From positions 1-48,113 of the forward strand of contig CACZSU010000028.1 in the NCBI GenBank assembly GCA_902783855.1: a stretch of DNA of 48,113 nucleotides. The letters run 5' to 3'. Position numbers and translations under genes: made by a program. The notes beneath the pieces are model-generated. The model saw only the letters and a program-made list of their open reading frames with translations, searched no databases and was not told the DNA's origin. Below are positions 17,172 through 26,689 of this stretch, piece after piece. Position 1 is the first letter of the stretch. Each line of letters starts with the position of its first letter. The DNA comes from an uncultured Ruminococcus sp. (GTDB lineage Bacteria; Bacillota; Clostridia; Oscillospirales; Acutalibacteraceae).

Positions 17172-18836
17172 ATGAACGCCAACCACTCATCTGCCGGACA
17201 CGCCAATCTGCCGAAGGCAATAAAACAAGCGCAGACAGATATCCGGTTTATATGCAGAGCACTTTGTGACAATACCATTGCCGCAGAGATTGCTGTCGAA
17301 AACACAAATAAAAAGGCTGCCGCATTGCCTGATTCCAGCCTCACACGGCAGCATATCCGGCGGATCGCCGCCGGAATATGTCTGGAGCAATACCACCCCA
17401 TCATACCTGACAGCGGACAGCCCATGGAGATCATTTCTGACCTGACGCATTACCGCATCCAGTTTCCGGCAGACAGGCTGAAGGATTATGATGCACTGGC
17501 AGATGCCATGCAAAAAATCTATTATTGTACAGAAACATCCGAATTCCGCTTATTGATTGCCGTGCTGTATGCCGGTGTGACCACCGCTGAATGTGCGGCA
17601 TGGTACCGCATTTCTGCCGAAACCGCAGACAGTATGCTGGCAGGTGCCCTGCGGAAGGTAAGCACGGCATTTCCGGCCGCTGCGGATGGACGGACAGGGA
17701 TTTTACCTGCTGAATTGTTTGAAGCGGCGGCTGTCGTTTCTCCGCCTGTCGAAAAGAAAAAACGGTTTTCAGCAGATTCTGTCCGCCGGTTGCTGCAGAC
17801 GTCAAAAGGCAAAATTGCAGTTGTAACCATCTTTGCCGTTATTCTGATGGGTATAGCAGCAGAAATTCTGTATTTTGTTTTTCAGCATCGTGCCGATGCG
17901 GATATGATCGCCCAACCGAAGCTCATTTATTCCGACTATTATTCCACCAGCGGCACGGATATCCTGCCCGCAGAAGGATACCGGACTTCGGAAGCACTAT
18001 ACGTTGACCTGATCAATGATATGCAGTATGATTTTGAAACCCTGGGTCTGAATCCGGAGGGCTTTGTCAACAGCAGCGATCCTGTGACATTTTTACAACT
18101 GATCGTAACTAATTCTACTTCAGATATGATTAATCTGTCCGATCTGGACGTGACCTTTGCGGACAACCGTGCGAATATGCAGGACGGCAAACGTTATTTC
18201 ACCCATTCCATATTTGAAATTGACGAAAGAACCTATCTGATTCAGATATTCGCTCCGGGCAATTATCAGCCCAATGAATTTAAAATTGACATGACCCGCA
18301 GAGGCATAGCAGATTCATCCTATGTATTGCCGCTGCACCTGGTTGACATTGACGACATTCCCGGCGACCTGACCGTCAATGCCAATGCATTCAACAGCAC
18401 CGTTCAGCAGCATGACATCGCAGTATTCATAGACGATGACAATATACAAGATCACTATTATGTCCAATTCTCCGGCACAACCATAACACAGGTACAGGAC
18501 AATACTGTTACCGCTGATATCCAACTGATCCTGCTGCCGGTGGGACACGAATTCTCACACGATCCGAAAGACAAAATCCAGTTTATCACTAATCAAAACG
18601 CCACCGTAACTTATGAAGACAACATGAGCACTTACTATTCCGAATATGACAATACAAACGAGAACATTCCTCCCTACATTACGAACATCCACGAGCGCTT
18701 AACAATTGAGTTTGACGACACCATAGCTGACCCGCATCAGGCGGCGCTGGACATCCTGAGCGGTGAATTCCTCTACTTCAGCAATAACCAGAAAGTAACC
18801 ATTGCCGCTGCCAACCAACCTGCACCCTCACAATAA
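17172..18836 (+). CDS. Single-pass membrane protein with an N-terminal sigma-70 region-4-like HTH and a large extracytoplasmic domain
   Basis: The start is at MNANH, 7 nt after AAGGAGG. The segment RLLIAVLYAGVTTAECAAWYRISAETADSMLAGALRKV resembles a sigma region 4 HTH. The TM is IAVVTIFAVILMGIAAEILYFVF. The C-terminal roughly 310 aa have no family I recognise. Confidence 0.5.
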   Translation: MNANHSSAGHANLPKAIKQAQTDIRFICRALCDNTIAAEIAVENTNKKAAALPDSSLTRQHIRRIAAGICLEQYHPIIPDSGQPMEIISDLTHYRIQFPADRLKDYDALADAMQKIYYCTETSEFRLLIAVLYAGVTTAECAAWYRISAETADSMLAGALRKVSTAFPAAADGRTGILPAELFEAAAVVSPPVEKKKRFSADSVRRLLQTSKGKIAVVTIFAVILMGIAAEILYFVFQHRADADMIAQPKLIYSDYYSTSGTDILPAEGYRTSEALYVDLINDMQYDFETLGLNPEGFVNSSDPVTFLQLIVTNSTSDMINLSDLDVTFADNRANMQDGKRYFTHSIFEIDERTYLIQIFAPGNYQPNEFKIDMTRRGIADSSYVLPLHLVDIDDIPGDLTVNANAFNSTVQQHDIAVFIDDDNIQDHYYVQFSGTTITQVQDNTVTADIQLILLPVGHEFSHDPKDKIQFITNQNATVTYEDNMSTYYSEYDNTNENIPPYITNIHERLTIEFDDTIADPHQAALDILSGEFLYFSNNQKVTIAAANQPAPSQ

Positions 18837-18941
18837 ACAACTTGCTTCCGATACTGCTCTGCGGATTTTCACTGTCGATTCCGGATGTATCAACAACCCC
18901 CTGCCGTTGCAGTACACAACAACAGGGGTTTATTATCATCA

Positions 18942-19919
18942 TTATGTCACAGAAAGAATCCCATTGATTTCGGCTTCATCTGTTTTGAAAAACTCTGCAA
19001 TCTCCTTCACGGATCTTCCTAATGACATCAACGTCCGTATCATCTCTGCCTTGCCCTTTTCCACACCTTTTGCAATACCTTCTATTCTGCCTTCTGCTCT
19101 GCCCTCTGCTCTGCCCTCTGCTCTGCCCTCTGCTCTGCCTTCTGCTCTGCCTTTTTCTATTTCCTGCTCTGCTATCTGATCCAGTGTTTTGCTGTAAATA
19201 TTTGACATAGTTACTCCCCCTTCTGTGTTTTCTCCTAACATTGCATTGTATGCATCAAGATATCGCCTGTCTCCTGAGAAAACTTGAATCATATTCAGCG
19301 TTTCCTGCGGATGATCCAGTACCTGATCTGAAAAAGCAGGTACTGTCTGCTCATTCTGACTTGTCTGACCAAAAAATTCTGCAATAATTCTGAAATCAGA
19401 CTGAAATTTCTGTATCTGTTCCGACTTCATATCCTGCATAGCATAAAAATTCATCTTGTAATCATTGACAAAAGGTTTTAAACCCTCCGGTATATCAACA
19501 CAATCATATACCGACATTCCATAGCTCCATTTTTTTGAACCAAAGTACAGCACGAGCGTAATCACAGGACAGCAATTTTTTGTACCTGTATTATCAGATT
19601 CTTTACTACGGTTCAGCTGCTGGCGGTATGCTGCGCCGTCATAGCTCAGTACCCGTAAGGGCATAAACCTGTCCGGATACGACTGGTTTTCAAAGCCAAT
19701 GAGTGCTATGTTAATACCGATATGACGCCAGATTTTACTGACGTCTCTTTCCTGCTCATGTATTTCATTGTCTGCCTTATACTGTGAAAGCGTATCAGCC
19801 GGCATCAGTTCTTCCTCACGGACCACCTGTTCGCCGTCAAACAGAAACACATTCACCATATCAGCAAACACATCGTTATATCCTTCTAATGTTTTAGCAG
19901 CCATATCCTTTTCACCCAT
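18942..19919 (-). CDS. Rpn-family recombination-promoting nuclease / putative transposase (YhgA-like PD-(D/E)XK)
   Basis: The core ...ERDVSKIW...INIALIGFENQSYPDRFMPLRVLSYDGAAYRQQL parallels the RpnA IEHQSSPD..MAFRLMRY region. The C-terminal (A)EGR tandem repeats plus a helical tail are typical of Rpn proteins. The start ATG at 19919 lies 7 nt after GGAGGA. Confidence 0.75.
   Translation of the reverse strand: MGEKDMAAKTLEGYNDVFADMVNVFLFDGEQVVREEELMPADTLSQYKADNEIHEQERDVSKIWRHIGINIALIGFENQSYPDRFMPLRVLSYDGAAYRQQLNRSKESDNTGTKNCCPVITLVLYFGSKKWSYGMSVYDCVDIPEGLKPFVNDYKMNFYAMQDMKSEQIQKFQSDFRIIAEFFGQTSQNEQTVPAFSDQVLDHPQETLNMIQVFSGDRRYLDAYNAMLGENTEGGVTMSNIYSKTLDQIAEQEIEKGRAEGRAEGRAEGRAEGRAEGRIEGIAKGVEKGKAEMIRTLMSLGRSVKEIAEFFKTDEAEINGILSVT
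19088..19153. repeat. 12-bp tandem repeat (TGCCYTCTGCTC, 5.5 units) inside the Rpn gene
   Basis: Units begin at 19088, 19100, 19112, 19124 and 19136, with a partial unit at 19148. They encode the EGRAEGRAEGRAEGRAEGR stretch on the minus strand. Confidence 0.9.
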
Positions 19920-19986
19920 ACGCACGTCCTCCTGACTATATTATACTACATCCTGTTTCCAGATTCAATCACTTTTTTACGCCAAG

Positions 19987-20060
19987 GCGCCGAGCCGCCG
20001 CCCCCTGAACGCGTCAGTCGCTGCGCTTTGGTTAAGGCGTGTATTTCTTTACACCTGCGG
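19987..20060 (+). repeat. Dispersed intergenic repeat, partial copy F
   Basis: GGCGCCGAGCCGCCGCCCCCTGAACGCGTCAGTCGCTGCGCTTTGGTTAAGGCGTGTATTTCTTTACACCTGCGGG carries an internal 12-bp deletion and lacks the distal part. Confidence 0.7.
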
Positions 20061-20245
20061 GCTTGTTTTGTATCAGTTCCCGGTGCCGTAATCTGATTAT
20101 AGCCTGCATGGACAGTTTATCAAAAAACGAGCAAGCGGTTTATTGTCGTTTTTCATAAATTATTTATTTTCATTGTATAAAAATTATGTATTTGCTATTG
20201 ACTTTATTTTGAATATGTGCTATTTTTATAAAGAGGTATCTGAAA

Positions 20246-20980
20246 ATGGGAAAAGTGACAGTTATTACATCAGGAAAAGGCGGTACGGGTAAATCTACCG
20301 TTACAGCAGGTTTGGGCGCAGCCCTTGTGCGGCGCGGCAACCGGGTTTTGATTATAGATTGTGACGCCGGAATGCGTGGAATTGACCTTATGCTTGGCGT
20401 CAGCGGAGAATTGGTTTTTGATATTGCTGATATTGTCAGCGGAAACTGCCCCCCTGCAAGTGCAATATATCCCTGCAAGACAGTTCCTGAATTATTTGTC
20501 CTGCCCGCTCCGTCAGATGTCCGCAATGAGATCAGCCCATATATTATGAAGCAGCTGGCTGCGGTTCTTAAAAAATACTACGACCATATCCTGATTGACT
20601 GTCCTGCGGGCATCGGTATCGGTACAGAAGCAGCAGCAGCTCCTGCTGACCGGGCGGTTCTGGTTGCGAATACGGAACCATTGACTGTCAGGGGCTGTGA
20701 TAAGGTGCGCCGTATGCTTGCCGATCTGCGGATACAGGAGATACGGCTTGTGATCAACCGGTTTAATGAACGGAATTTCAGAAAGCTCGCTGCTTTTGAA
20801 GACCTGGATGCAGTTATTGATAAGGCAGGCGCAAGGCTGCTGGGCATTGTTCCGGAGGATTCCGCTGCAGTGGGTCGAGCACAGAAGGGTTTGCCGATAG
20901 AAGGTCGGTATAAGGCTGTGTATGCACTTGACCGGATTGCTGCCAGACTGGACGGAACAGAGGTTCCGCTTGAGCTTTAA
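20246..20980 (+). CDS. MinD/ParA-family P-loop ATPase
   Basis: It has the deviant Walker A, SGKGGTGKST, then LIIDCD, and resembles MinD overall. No minC or minE is adjacent, so it is not named minD. Confidence 0.8.
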   Translation: MGKVTVITSGKGGTGKSTVTAGLGAALVRRGNRVLIIDCDAGMRGIDLMLGVSGELVFDIADIVSGNCPPASAIYPCKTVPELFVLPAPSDVRNEISPYIMKQLAAVLKKYYDHILIDCPAGIGIGTEAAAAPADRAVLVANTEPLTVRGCDKVRRMLADLRIQEIRLVINRFNERNFRKLAAFEDLDAVIDKAGARLLGIVPEDSAAVGRAQKGLPIEGRYKAVYALDRIAARLDGTEVPLEL

Positions 20981-21133
20981 TGATACAATTTGTGAGAACG
21001 AACATCTGCCGCTCCACTTACAGGGGGCGGCAATGATACCCATATAACCCCTTGCTGCTGCGGCGCGGAAAAATGCCGCATGAATTGGTTTTTTATTATT
21101 TAACATTTATTATACGAAAACGGAGGAGATAAC

Positions 21134-21532
21134 ATGAACATAGCGTTGATAGCCCATGATGCCAAAAAAGAGCTTATGGTACAATTCTGCATTGCTTATT
21201 GCGGTATCCTGAGCAGACACAATCTTTGTGCAACCGGTACAACCGGCAAAATGGTTGCAGAAGCAACCGGTCTGGAGATACAGAGATTCCTTGGAGGCAG
21301 TCAGGGCGGCGACCAGCAGATTGCTGCAAGAATTGCATTCAATGAAATTGATATGCTGATTTTCCTGCGTGACCCGCTTGACCCGAAGCCCCATGAGCCC
21401 AACGACATGAATCTTCTCAGGCTTTGTGATATGCACAATATCCCCGTTGCTACCAATATTGCAACCGGTGAGGTGCTCATCCATGGTCTTGAAAGAGGCG
21501 ACCTTGACTGGCGTAATATCGTCAGGGCATAA
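21134..21532 (+). CDS. mgsA: Methylglyoxal synthase
   Basis: [12 protein letters not shown]...LCATGTTG...[10 protein letters not shown]...[33 protein letters not shown] shows the canonical MgsA motifs and length (132 aa). Confidence 0.9.
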   Translation: MNIALIAHDAKKELMVQFCIAYCGILSRHNLCATGTTGKMVAEATGLEIQRFLGGSQGGDQQIAARIAFNEIDMLIFLRDPLDPKPHEPNDMNLLRLCDMHNIPVATNIATGEVLIHGLERGDLDWRNIVRA

Positions 21533-21575
21533 GCCGGAGCCGGCAGAACCGTCTTGTAAATATATGAATATAACG

Positions 21576-21610
21576 GAACAGAATGTGTGGAGCGCATTCT
21601 GTTCTTTTTT
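21576..21610. terminator. Intrinsic terminator between convergent mgsA and the DUF4340-like gene
   Basis: GAACAGAATG (21576-21585) pairs with CATTCTGTTC (21595-21604), a 10-bp stem with a 9-nt loop. T6 (21605-21610) follows on the plus strand. Confidence 0.75.
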
Positions 21611-21701
21611 GTTGTGCTGCAAGAAGTGAAACCATTAAAATTCACGGGATGTCGCCGATTCAGCAAGCATCCCGCTTTCGTTTATTATTTCGCTGTATTT
21701 G

Positions 21702-23423
21702 TCATTCACTGACTGCCGTTTCTGCAGAAGCGTTGCTTGCCCCTGACGGCTCTTCAGATTTCACAGAATCTCCGCTTGTCTGTGACGGCTCTGACGTTTT
21801 TGCAGAAGGTTCGCTTGTCTGTGAATCCTCTGCATTTTCGTCGTCCTCATCCGCTGCCAGCAGGCTTTCGATCATACCCTTTTTCGTGATATTATTTGCC
21901 TGTGCGATCAGCTTTTCGGCATATTCACGTTCCGTATAACCCTCTACCCTGTCGTTCAGTACAACGATATAGGAACCGTCACTGCCCTTTCTCAGAGAAA
22001 GTACATCTGTCACCTTTTCGCCTTCTGTTCCGCTGTAGGACAATTCTGCCTTGAATACCTCCTCAAATCCGTCTGCACTCTTGATATCAATGCCTGTTCT
22101 TGACAGACCGCCCAGATTGTTGATAAACGTATTGAAATCAGAATACTCTACCGGACGGGTACCTGCTAAAATGGTCGTAATCGTAAATTCTTCCATCAGA
22201 TCATTTTCCTGACGATTATGGGTGATATCATACTGTGTAGATTGACCCTGTGCGGTAATGACTGCTTTATCCATCCAGTCAATGTTCGGATATACAAAGC
22301 GAACGGTAATGAATTTGTCCACCTTGACGCCGTACCAGCCTTCCACATCGCTTTTTGTCATTTTACAGATCAGATCGCCGTCATCTGCCATAATATAGCA
22401 GCTGCCGTCCTTTTCAGCTTTGGAAACCAGAAGACCGATCTTTGTTTCATCGGATGCTTCTACCTGTATGCGCATAAACGGATTATCCAGACCGAATTTC
22501 TTTTTATCCTCATCTGTCACGGCAGCAGCCGCCACCTCTGTACCGTCAATACCATACATGGTTCTGCCGAAGCTCTGTGCAGCGTCCTTGCCGCAGGCTG
22601 CCAGATACGGTGAGCGTATCTTATAGGTGCTGGCAAGGGAAATGTCCGGATTCTTGTCGATTTGCAGCGGCTTTTCATAGCCAGTACCGCTGATGCTGAT
22701 GGACGTGATTTCTACATCTTCATCCGTATCATAATTAAATTTCTTGGTAATGGTCTTGTCCAGCATCTGGAGCTTTTCTATCTGGAAGGCAGTGACATTT
22801 TCTGAGCTGACCAGATAGACATTGGGATTTTTGTCCCGGCGGAAGTAGATGCCCATGTCATTCGGCGCTGCATTGCCCAGCATGAGTGTTTCCTGGCTGC
22901 CGTCACTGAAAATGACCTTTACCTTTGCAGACGGCTTATCCAGACCGAATTCCTTGTAGCGTGTGCCGGTCTTATCCACCAGCTGCAATGCCGTTACATA
23001 GGAACACTGGTATGCCAGCGCATCGGTGGCGTCCTTGCTCAGCTCCATGGTTTCCAGTCCCTGCATCGTATAATGCATATTGATCTGTACGACAGATACA
23101 TCATCCTGTCTGATGTTGGCAGCAGAGCTTTCACCGCTTTCCGTTGAAGATGCATCCACCGCTTCCTGTGAAAGCTCCTCCAATTCCTTGGTATAGTCAA
23201 ACCCCAGCAGCGTATAGGTACCGCCGCTGTTTTCAACAGTAATTTCCTCCGGCTTGACGCTTGTCTTATCATACAGCAGAATGTCCAGTGTATCGGACGA
23301 AATACCGCTTTCTTCATTTTCAGGCAGATTCATGACAAAAAACATGACCCCCACCAGTGCCGCTACGACCACGGCTGTAATGCTAATGATAATGATATTT
23401 TTCTTCATGAAGGTCACCGTCAC
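21702..23423 (-). CDS. Membrane-anchored DUF4340-like protein, last gene of the GldG-type ABC operon
   Basis: It has an N-terminal TM (IIIISITAVVVAALVGVMFFV) and a long extracytoplasmic region with an acidic, Ser-rich tail. It overlaps the upstream gene by 4 bp. The family call rests on this operon context and architecture. Confidence 0.6.
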   Translation of the reverse strand: MTVTFMKKNIIIISITAVVVAALVGVMFFVMNLPENEESGISSDTLDILLYDKTSVKPEEITVENSGGTYTLLGFDYTKELEELSQEAVDASSTESGESSAANIRQDDVSVVQINMHYTMQGLETMELSKDATDALAYQCSYVTALQLVDKTGTRYKEFGLDKPSAKVKVIFSDGSQETLMLGNAAPNDMGIYFRRDKNPNVYLVSSENVTAFQIEKLQMLDKTITKKFNYDTDEDVEITSISISGTGYEKPLQIDKNPDISLASTYKIRSPYLAACGKDAAQSFGRTMYGIDGTEVAAAAVTDEDKKKFGLDNPFMRIQVEASDETKIGLLVSKAEKDGSCYIMADDGDLICKMTKSDVEGWYGVKVDKFITVRFVYPNIDWMDKAVITAQGQSTQYDITHNRQENDLMEEFTITTILAGTRPVEYSDFNTFINNLGGLSRTGIDIKSADGFEEVFKAELSYSGTEGEKVTDVLSLRKGSDGSYIVVLNDRVEGYTEREYAEKLIAQANNITKKGMIESLLAADEDDENAEDSQTSEPSAKTSEPSQTSGDSVKSEEPSGASNASAETAVSE

Positions 23424-24958
23424 TTTCTGCGTCTGACGATATGTACCATCACACCTGCCCCGATAATCAGCACGGGGATGACAGCAAACATGATGATGCC
23501 CACTACTACGGCGGTCTGTCTGCTGATACCCTGTAATGAATAATCTGTAATCACCTTATCCTCCAGATGGATGGAATTATCCTCTCTGTGGTTCAGGGTA
23601 TCCACAATATTCAGCCAGTATTCCTGGTTGACAAACTGTGATTCCATAATCGTCTGCGACCACATTTCAGTCGAACCGGAAACGATCACTCTGGACTGCG
23701 CCTTGTCATTGCCTGTCAGACCCTGCATCATAATGCACACATTGCCGATAATATAATCCTGCGGGTTCCAGTCGTCTGTCGCATCAAAGGGACAGATACC
23801 CGAATTTGCCGAATAGGAAATCAGCGGCTGGGTAATGTCCTCATTGACAGCTGCCACACCTCTTGCATAATCGGAGAGAACCGTCTGACTGCTTGCGGTG
23901 ATATTATCGGTATACAGCTTGGACGCAAAGGATGCAGCAATATAACGGTAGGCACTGTAGGCGCTGGCGCCGCTCATCTGGCGGCTGCTGTCCATATCAA
24001 AGGCAAGACCGTTGCTGATTGCCATACCGTACTTAGCCAGAAATTCATCAATATTAGGCAGATTTGCCTTATTGCGGTAGGATATATAGATCACACTCTT
24101 GGTATAATCTCCGTTATTATACAGGAAGTCATTCAGCTTTTTAATTGCATTCGTGGAATAGTCCTTGGTAGGCGCAAACACGATAACGGTATTGATTCCG
24201 TCAGGGATATCCGCCTTTTCAATTTCCATTGCCTTCACATCATAGTTATTGGCGGTCAGTACCTTGGTCAGATAGCTGTAGCTGTCCGTGGACTGATCTG
24301 TCAGCAGAACGATCTCATCCGTTCTGTCGCTGGTTACTTTGACGATAGCAGTATCAATTGCAGACTCCGCCTTGGAGGAAGTGATATACTGATACTGATT
24401 ATTCATCAGATCAAAATTAAACAGATCCTCCTTATGCAGAACATTGTATTTTTTGCCGCAGCGGATGATCACGTCACTGGTGGACAGGTTATCATCCGGA
24501 TAGTCATTCACAAAATTCGGGTTGGAAACAATATCCACGTATTCTGCGCTGATAAAGCCGTTTGAATCCTGTACCATCTGATCCACCAGCTTGGTTGTCT
24601 GTTTATAGTAGGTATCCAGAGCTTCATAGGTCTTGCGCTGTGCCAGGAAGGTAATGCTGACCTTTTTCTTCACGCCGCCGATCACCTTGCGGGTGGATTC
24701 CGTCAGATTGAAGATACCGCTGCCGGTGATATCCGCCGTCAGGGCAGAAAAACGGTCTGTCAGGGTGGATGCAATGACATTCAGTACGATCACACCTACC
24801 AGCACCAGCGCCGTCAGTACAATGGAGCTGATACGATGCCTGCGCTTGGCAGAGCCTGCCTGTTTCTTTGGTGCGGCGGGCTTTCCGGGGGACGGAGCAG
24901 CCTGTTCTGAGGAAGCGGCTGCAGATGCTTCCTGAATCATCTGTTCTTTTTCAGACAT
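23420..24958 (-). CDS. GldG-like auxiliary component of an ABC-type transport system
   Basis: N-terminal and C-terminal TM helices flank a domain of about 400 aa. It sits directly downstream of the ABC-2 permease and ATPase, as in gldA/gldF/gldG-type operons. Confidence 0.7.
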   Translation of the reverse strand: MSEKEQMIQEASAAASSEQAAPSPGKPAAPKKQAGSAKRRHRISSIVLTALVLVGVIVLNVIASTLTDRFSALTADITGSGIFNLTESTRKVIGGVKKKVSITFLAQRKTYEALDTYYKQTTKLVDQMVQDSNGFISAEYVDIVSNPNFVNDYPDDNLSTSDVIIRCGKKYNVLHKEDLFNFDLMNNQYQYITSSKAESAIDTAIVKVTSDRTDEIVLLTDQSTDSYSYLTKVLTANNYDVKAMEIEKADIPDGINTVIVFAPTKDYSTNAIKKLNDFLYNNGDYTKSVIYISYRNKANLPNIDEFLAKYGMAISNGLAFDMDSSRQMSGASAYSAYRYIAASFASKLYTDNITASSQTVLSDYARGVAAVNEDITQPLISYSANSGICPFDATDDWNPQDYIIGNVCIMMQGLTGNDKAQSRVIVSGSTEMWSQTIMESQFVNQEYWLNIVDTLNHREDNSIHLEDKVITDYSLQGISRQTAVVVGIIMFAVIPVLIIGAGVMVHIVRRRK

Positions 24959-24971
24959 AGTTCAACCCTCC

Positions 24972-25676
24972 TTACGCCCATCTTCTTCTCTCCACTACCC
25001 TGTCTGTCAGGAACAGGAACAGGCACGTAACGGAGAGGAAAAATACAACATTGCCAAGTGAAATCATTCCCAGAGAGAAGTCATTATATTTGCCCTGGAA
25101 CGACAACGCATTGATGATGCTTGTCAGCCAGTCCCAGTGTACGGTATAGCCGATCGTATCCAGAAGGCTGAGCAGTACATTGATGACAAAGGAAACGATA
25201 GCTGCCACAATGGAGCTTTCTGTCAGGGATGACACAAAGATACCCATAGCCACAAAGGATGATCCCATAATCAGCATTCCAAAGATATTGCCGATAATCA
25301 CACTCCAGTCGGGCTTTGCCATAAAGGACAGCACCAGCCCTTCAATAAGGAAGGAGCAAAGGCAGAGTGCAAAAACCGATAAGGCAGCCAGAAATTTTGC
25401 TGCAACAATAGCGGGAATGCTGACAGGAGCGGTCAGCAGAGCCTGGTCGGTTTTGTTTCTTCTGTCATCGGCAAAGCTTTTCATGGTAATCAGGGGGATC
25501 ACAAACAGTACGATAAAGAACATACTCTGAAATACCGAGCTCATGGCAGCGCTGCCCATATACAGGCACTGTACATAGAAAAAGATTCCGCTGAAAAACA
25601 TAAACGCTGCCAGCACCGCATAGCCAATCGGTGAATTGAAATAGGAGCGGAAATCTCTTTTATAAATTGCTGACAT
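24972..25676 (-). CDS. ABC-2 type transporter permease (GldF-like)
   Basis: 234 aa with six hydrophobic helices. It overlaps the ATPase gene by 17 bp. Confidence 0.8.
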   Translation of the reverse strand: MSAIYKRDFRSYFNSPIGYAVLAAFMFFSGIFFYVQCLYMGSAAMSSVFQSMFFIVLFVIPLITMKSFADDRRNKTDQALLTAPVSIPAIVAAKFLAALSVFALCLCSFLIEGLVLSFMAKPDWSVIIGNIFGMLIMGSSFVAMGIFVSSLTESSIVAAIVSFVINVLLSLLDTIGYTVHWDWLTSIINALSFQGKYNDFSLGMISLGNVVFFLSVTCLFLFLTDRVVERRRWA

Positions 25677-26625
25677 CCGAAGGTGCCTCCTTTGTATCGT
25701 TTTTGCCTGTGATAATGCCCAGGTATGTATCCTCCAGCGAGAATTCCACGGGGCTCATCTGCAGGATGGTAAAATCTGTTTTAGCAAATGCACGGAAAAT
25801 CAGTCTTCTGACATCACGGCGGCTGTCCACGGTAAATTCGTAGCAGCCCTTTTCTGCCTCGCCGAGATCGGTCACAGCCGTCACACCGTCAATTTTTTGC
25901 AGCATGGAGTGTACCTGCTGCCGTCTTCCCTCTATGGTAAGGCGCAGCTTTTCGGTGGAAGCGCCGGTTCCTGTGAGAGAAGCGGTCAGTTCGTCCGCCA
26001 CAATTTTGCCGTTATTGATGATGACAATCTTATCGCAGACCGCCTGTACCTCTGAAAGCAGATGAGAGGACAGGATAATGGTATGCTGTTTACCCAGGTC
26101 ACGGATAAGCCGCCTGATTTCAATGATCTGCTGCGGGTCAAGACCAACGGTCGGTTCGTCCAGTACCAGCACCGGGGGATCCCCCAGCAAAGCCTGTGCC
26201 AGACCTACACGCTGCCGGTAACCTTTGGACAGGTGTTTAATGACCCGTTCCCGCACATCGCTGATCTTTACTTTTTCACAAATGGAGTTAATATGTTCCT
26301 TCATGGGCTTTCTGACTTTTTTCAACCGGAACATAAATTCCAGATATTCCCGTACCGTCATATCATTGTAAAGCGGAGGGATTTCCGGCAGATAACCAAT
26401 TTTCTTTTTTGCCTGCATCGGATTTTCCAGAATATCCACACCGTCAATTTCCACTGACCCCCCATCGCCCGACAGGTAGCCTGTTATAATGTTCATCGTA
26501 GTTGATTTTCCGGCGCCGTTCGGCCCCAGAAACCCCAGTATTTCGCCTTCATTCAGCGAAAAGCTGACATTGTCAAGCGCTTTATTCCTGACATAATATT
26601 TCGTCAGATTTTTGACCTTAATCAT
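25660..26625 (-). CDS. ABC transporter ATP-binding protein (GldA-like)
   Basis: Walker A is GPNGAGKST, the signature is LSKGYRQRV and Walker B is VLVLDEP. Confidence 0.9.
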   Translation of the reverse strand: MIKVKNLTKYYVRNKALDNVSFSLNEGEILGFLGPNGAGKSTTMNIITGYLSGDGGSVEIDGVDILENPMQAKKKIGYLPEIPPLYNDMTVREYLEFMFRLKKVRKPMKEHINSICEKVKISDVRERVIKHLSKGYRQRVGLAQALLGDPPVLVLDEPTVGLDPQQIIEIRRLIRDLGKQHTIILSSHLLSEVQAVCDKIVIINNGKIVADELTASLTGTGASTEKLRLTIEGRRQQVHSMLQKIDGVTAVTDLGEAEKGCYEFTVDSRRDVRRLIFRAFAKTDFTILQMSPVEFSLEDTYLGIITGKNDTKEAPSDVSNL

Positions 26626-26689
26626 ACTGCGTCCTCACTTTCTTGTCATTTTTACCACAATTGGTGCGCTGCCCCGACCCGGTCAGCCG

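Noticed and set aside
18802-19179. Plus-strand ORF encoding LPSALPSALPSA repeats
   Set aside because: It is the antisense reading of the 12-bp microsatellite inside the Rpn-family gene. The minus-strand frame has clear family similarity along its whole length.
20981-21133. Two GC hairpins between the MinD-like gene and mgsA, considered as terminators or a riboswitch
   Set aside because: The hairpin CTGCCGCTCC/GGGGGCGGCA lacks a U-tract. The second, TGCGGC/GCCGCA, is short (6 bp) with a distant U-run. I recognise no conserved riboswitch-like core, so the evidence is too weak for a call.
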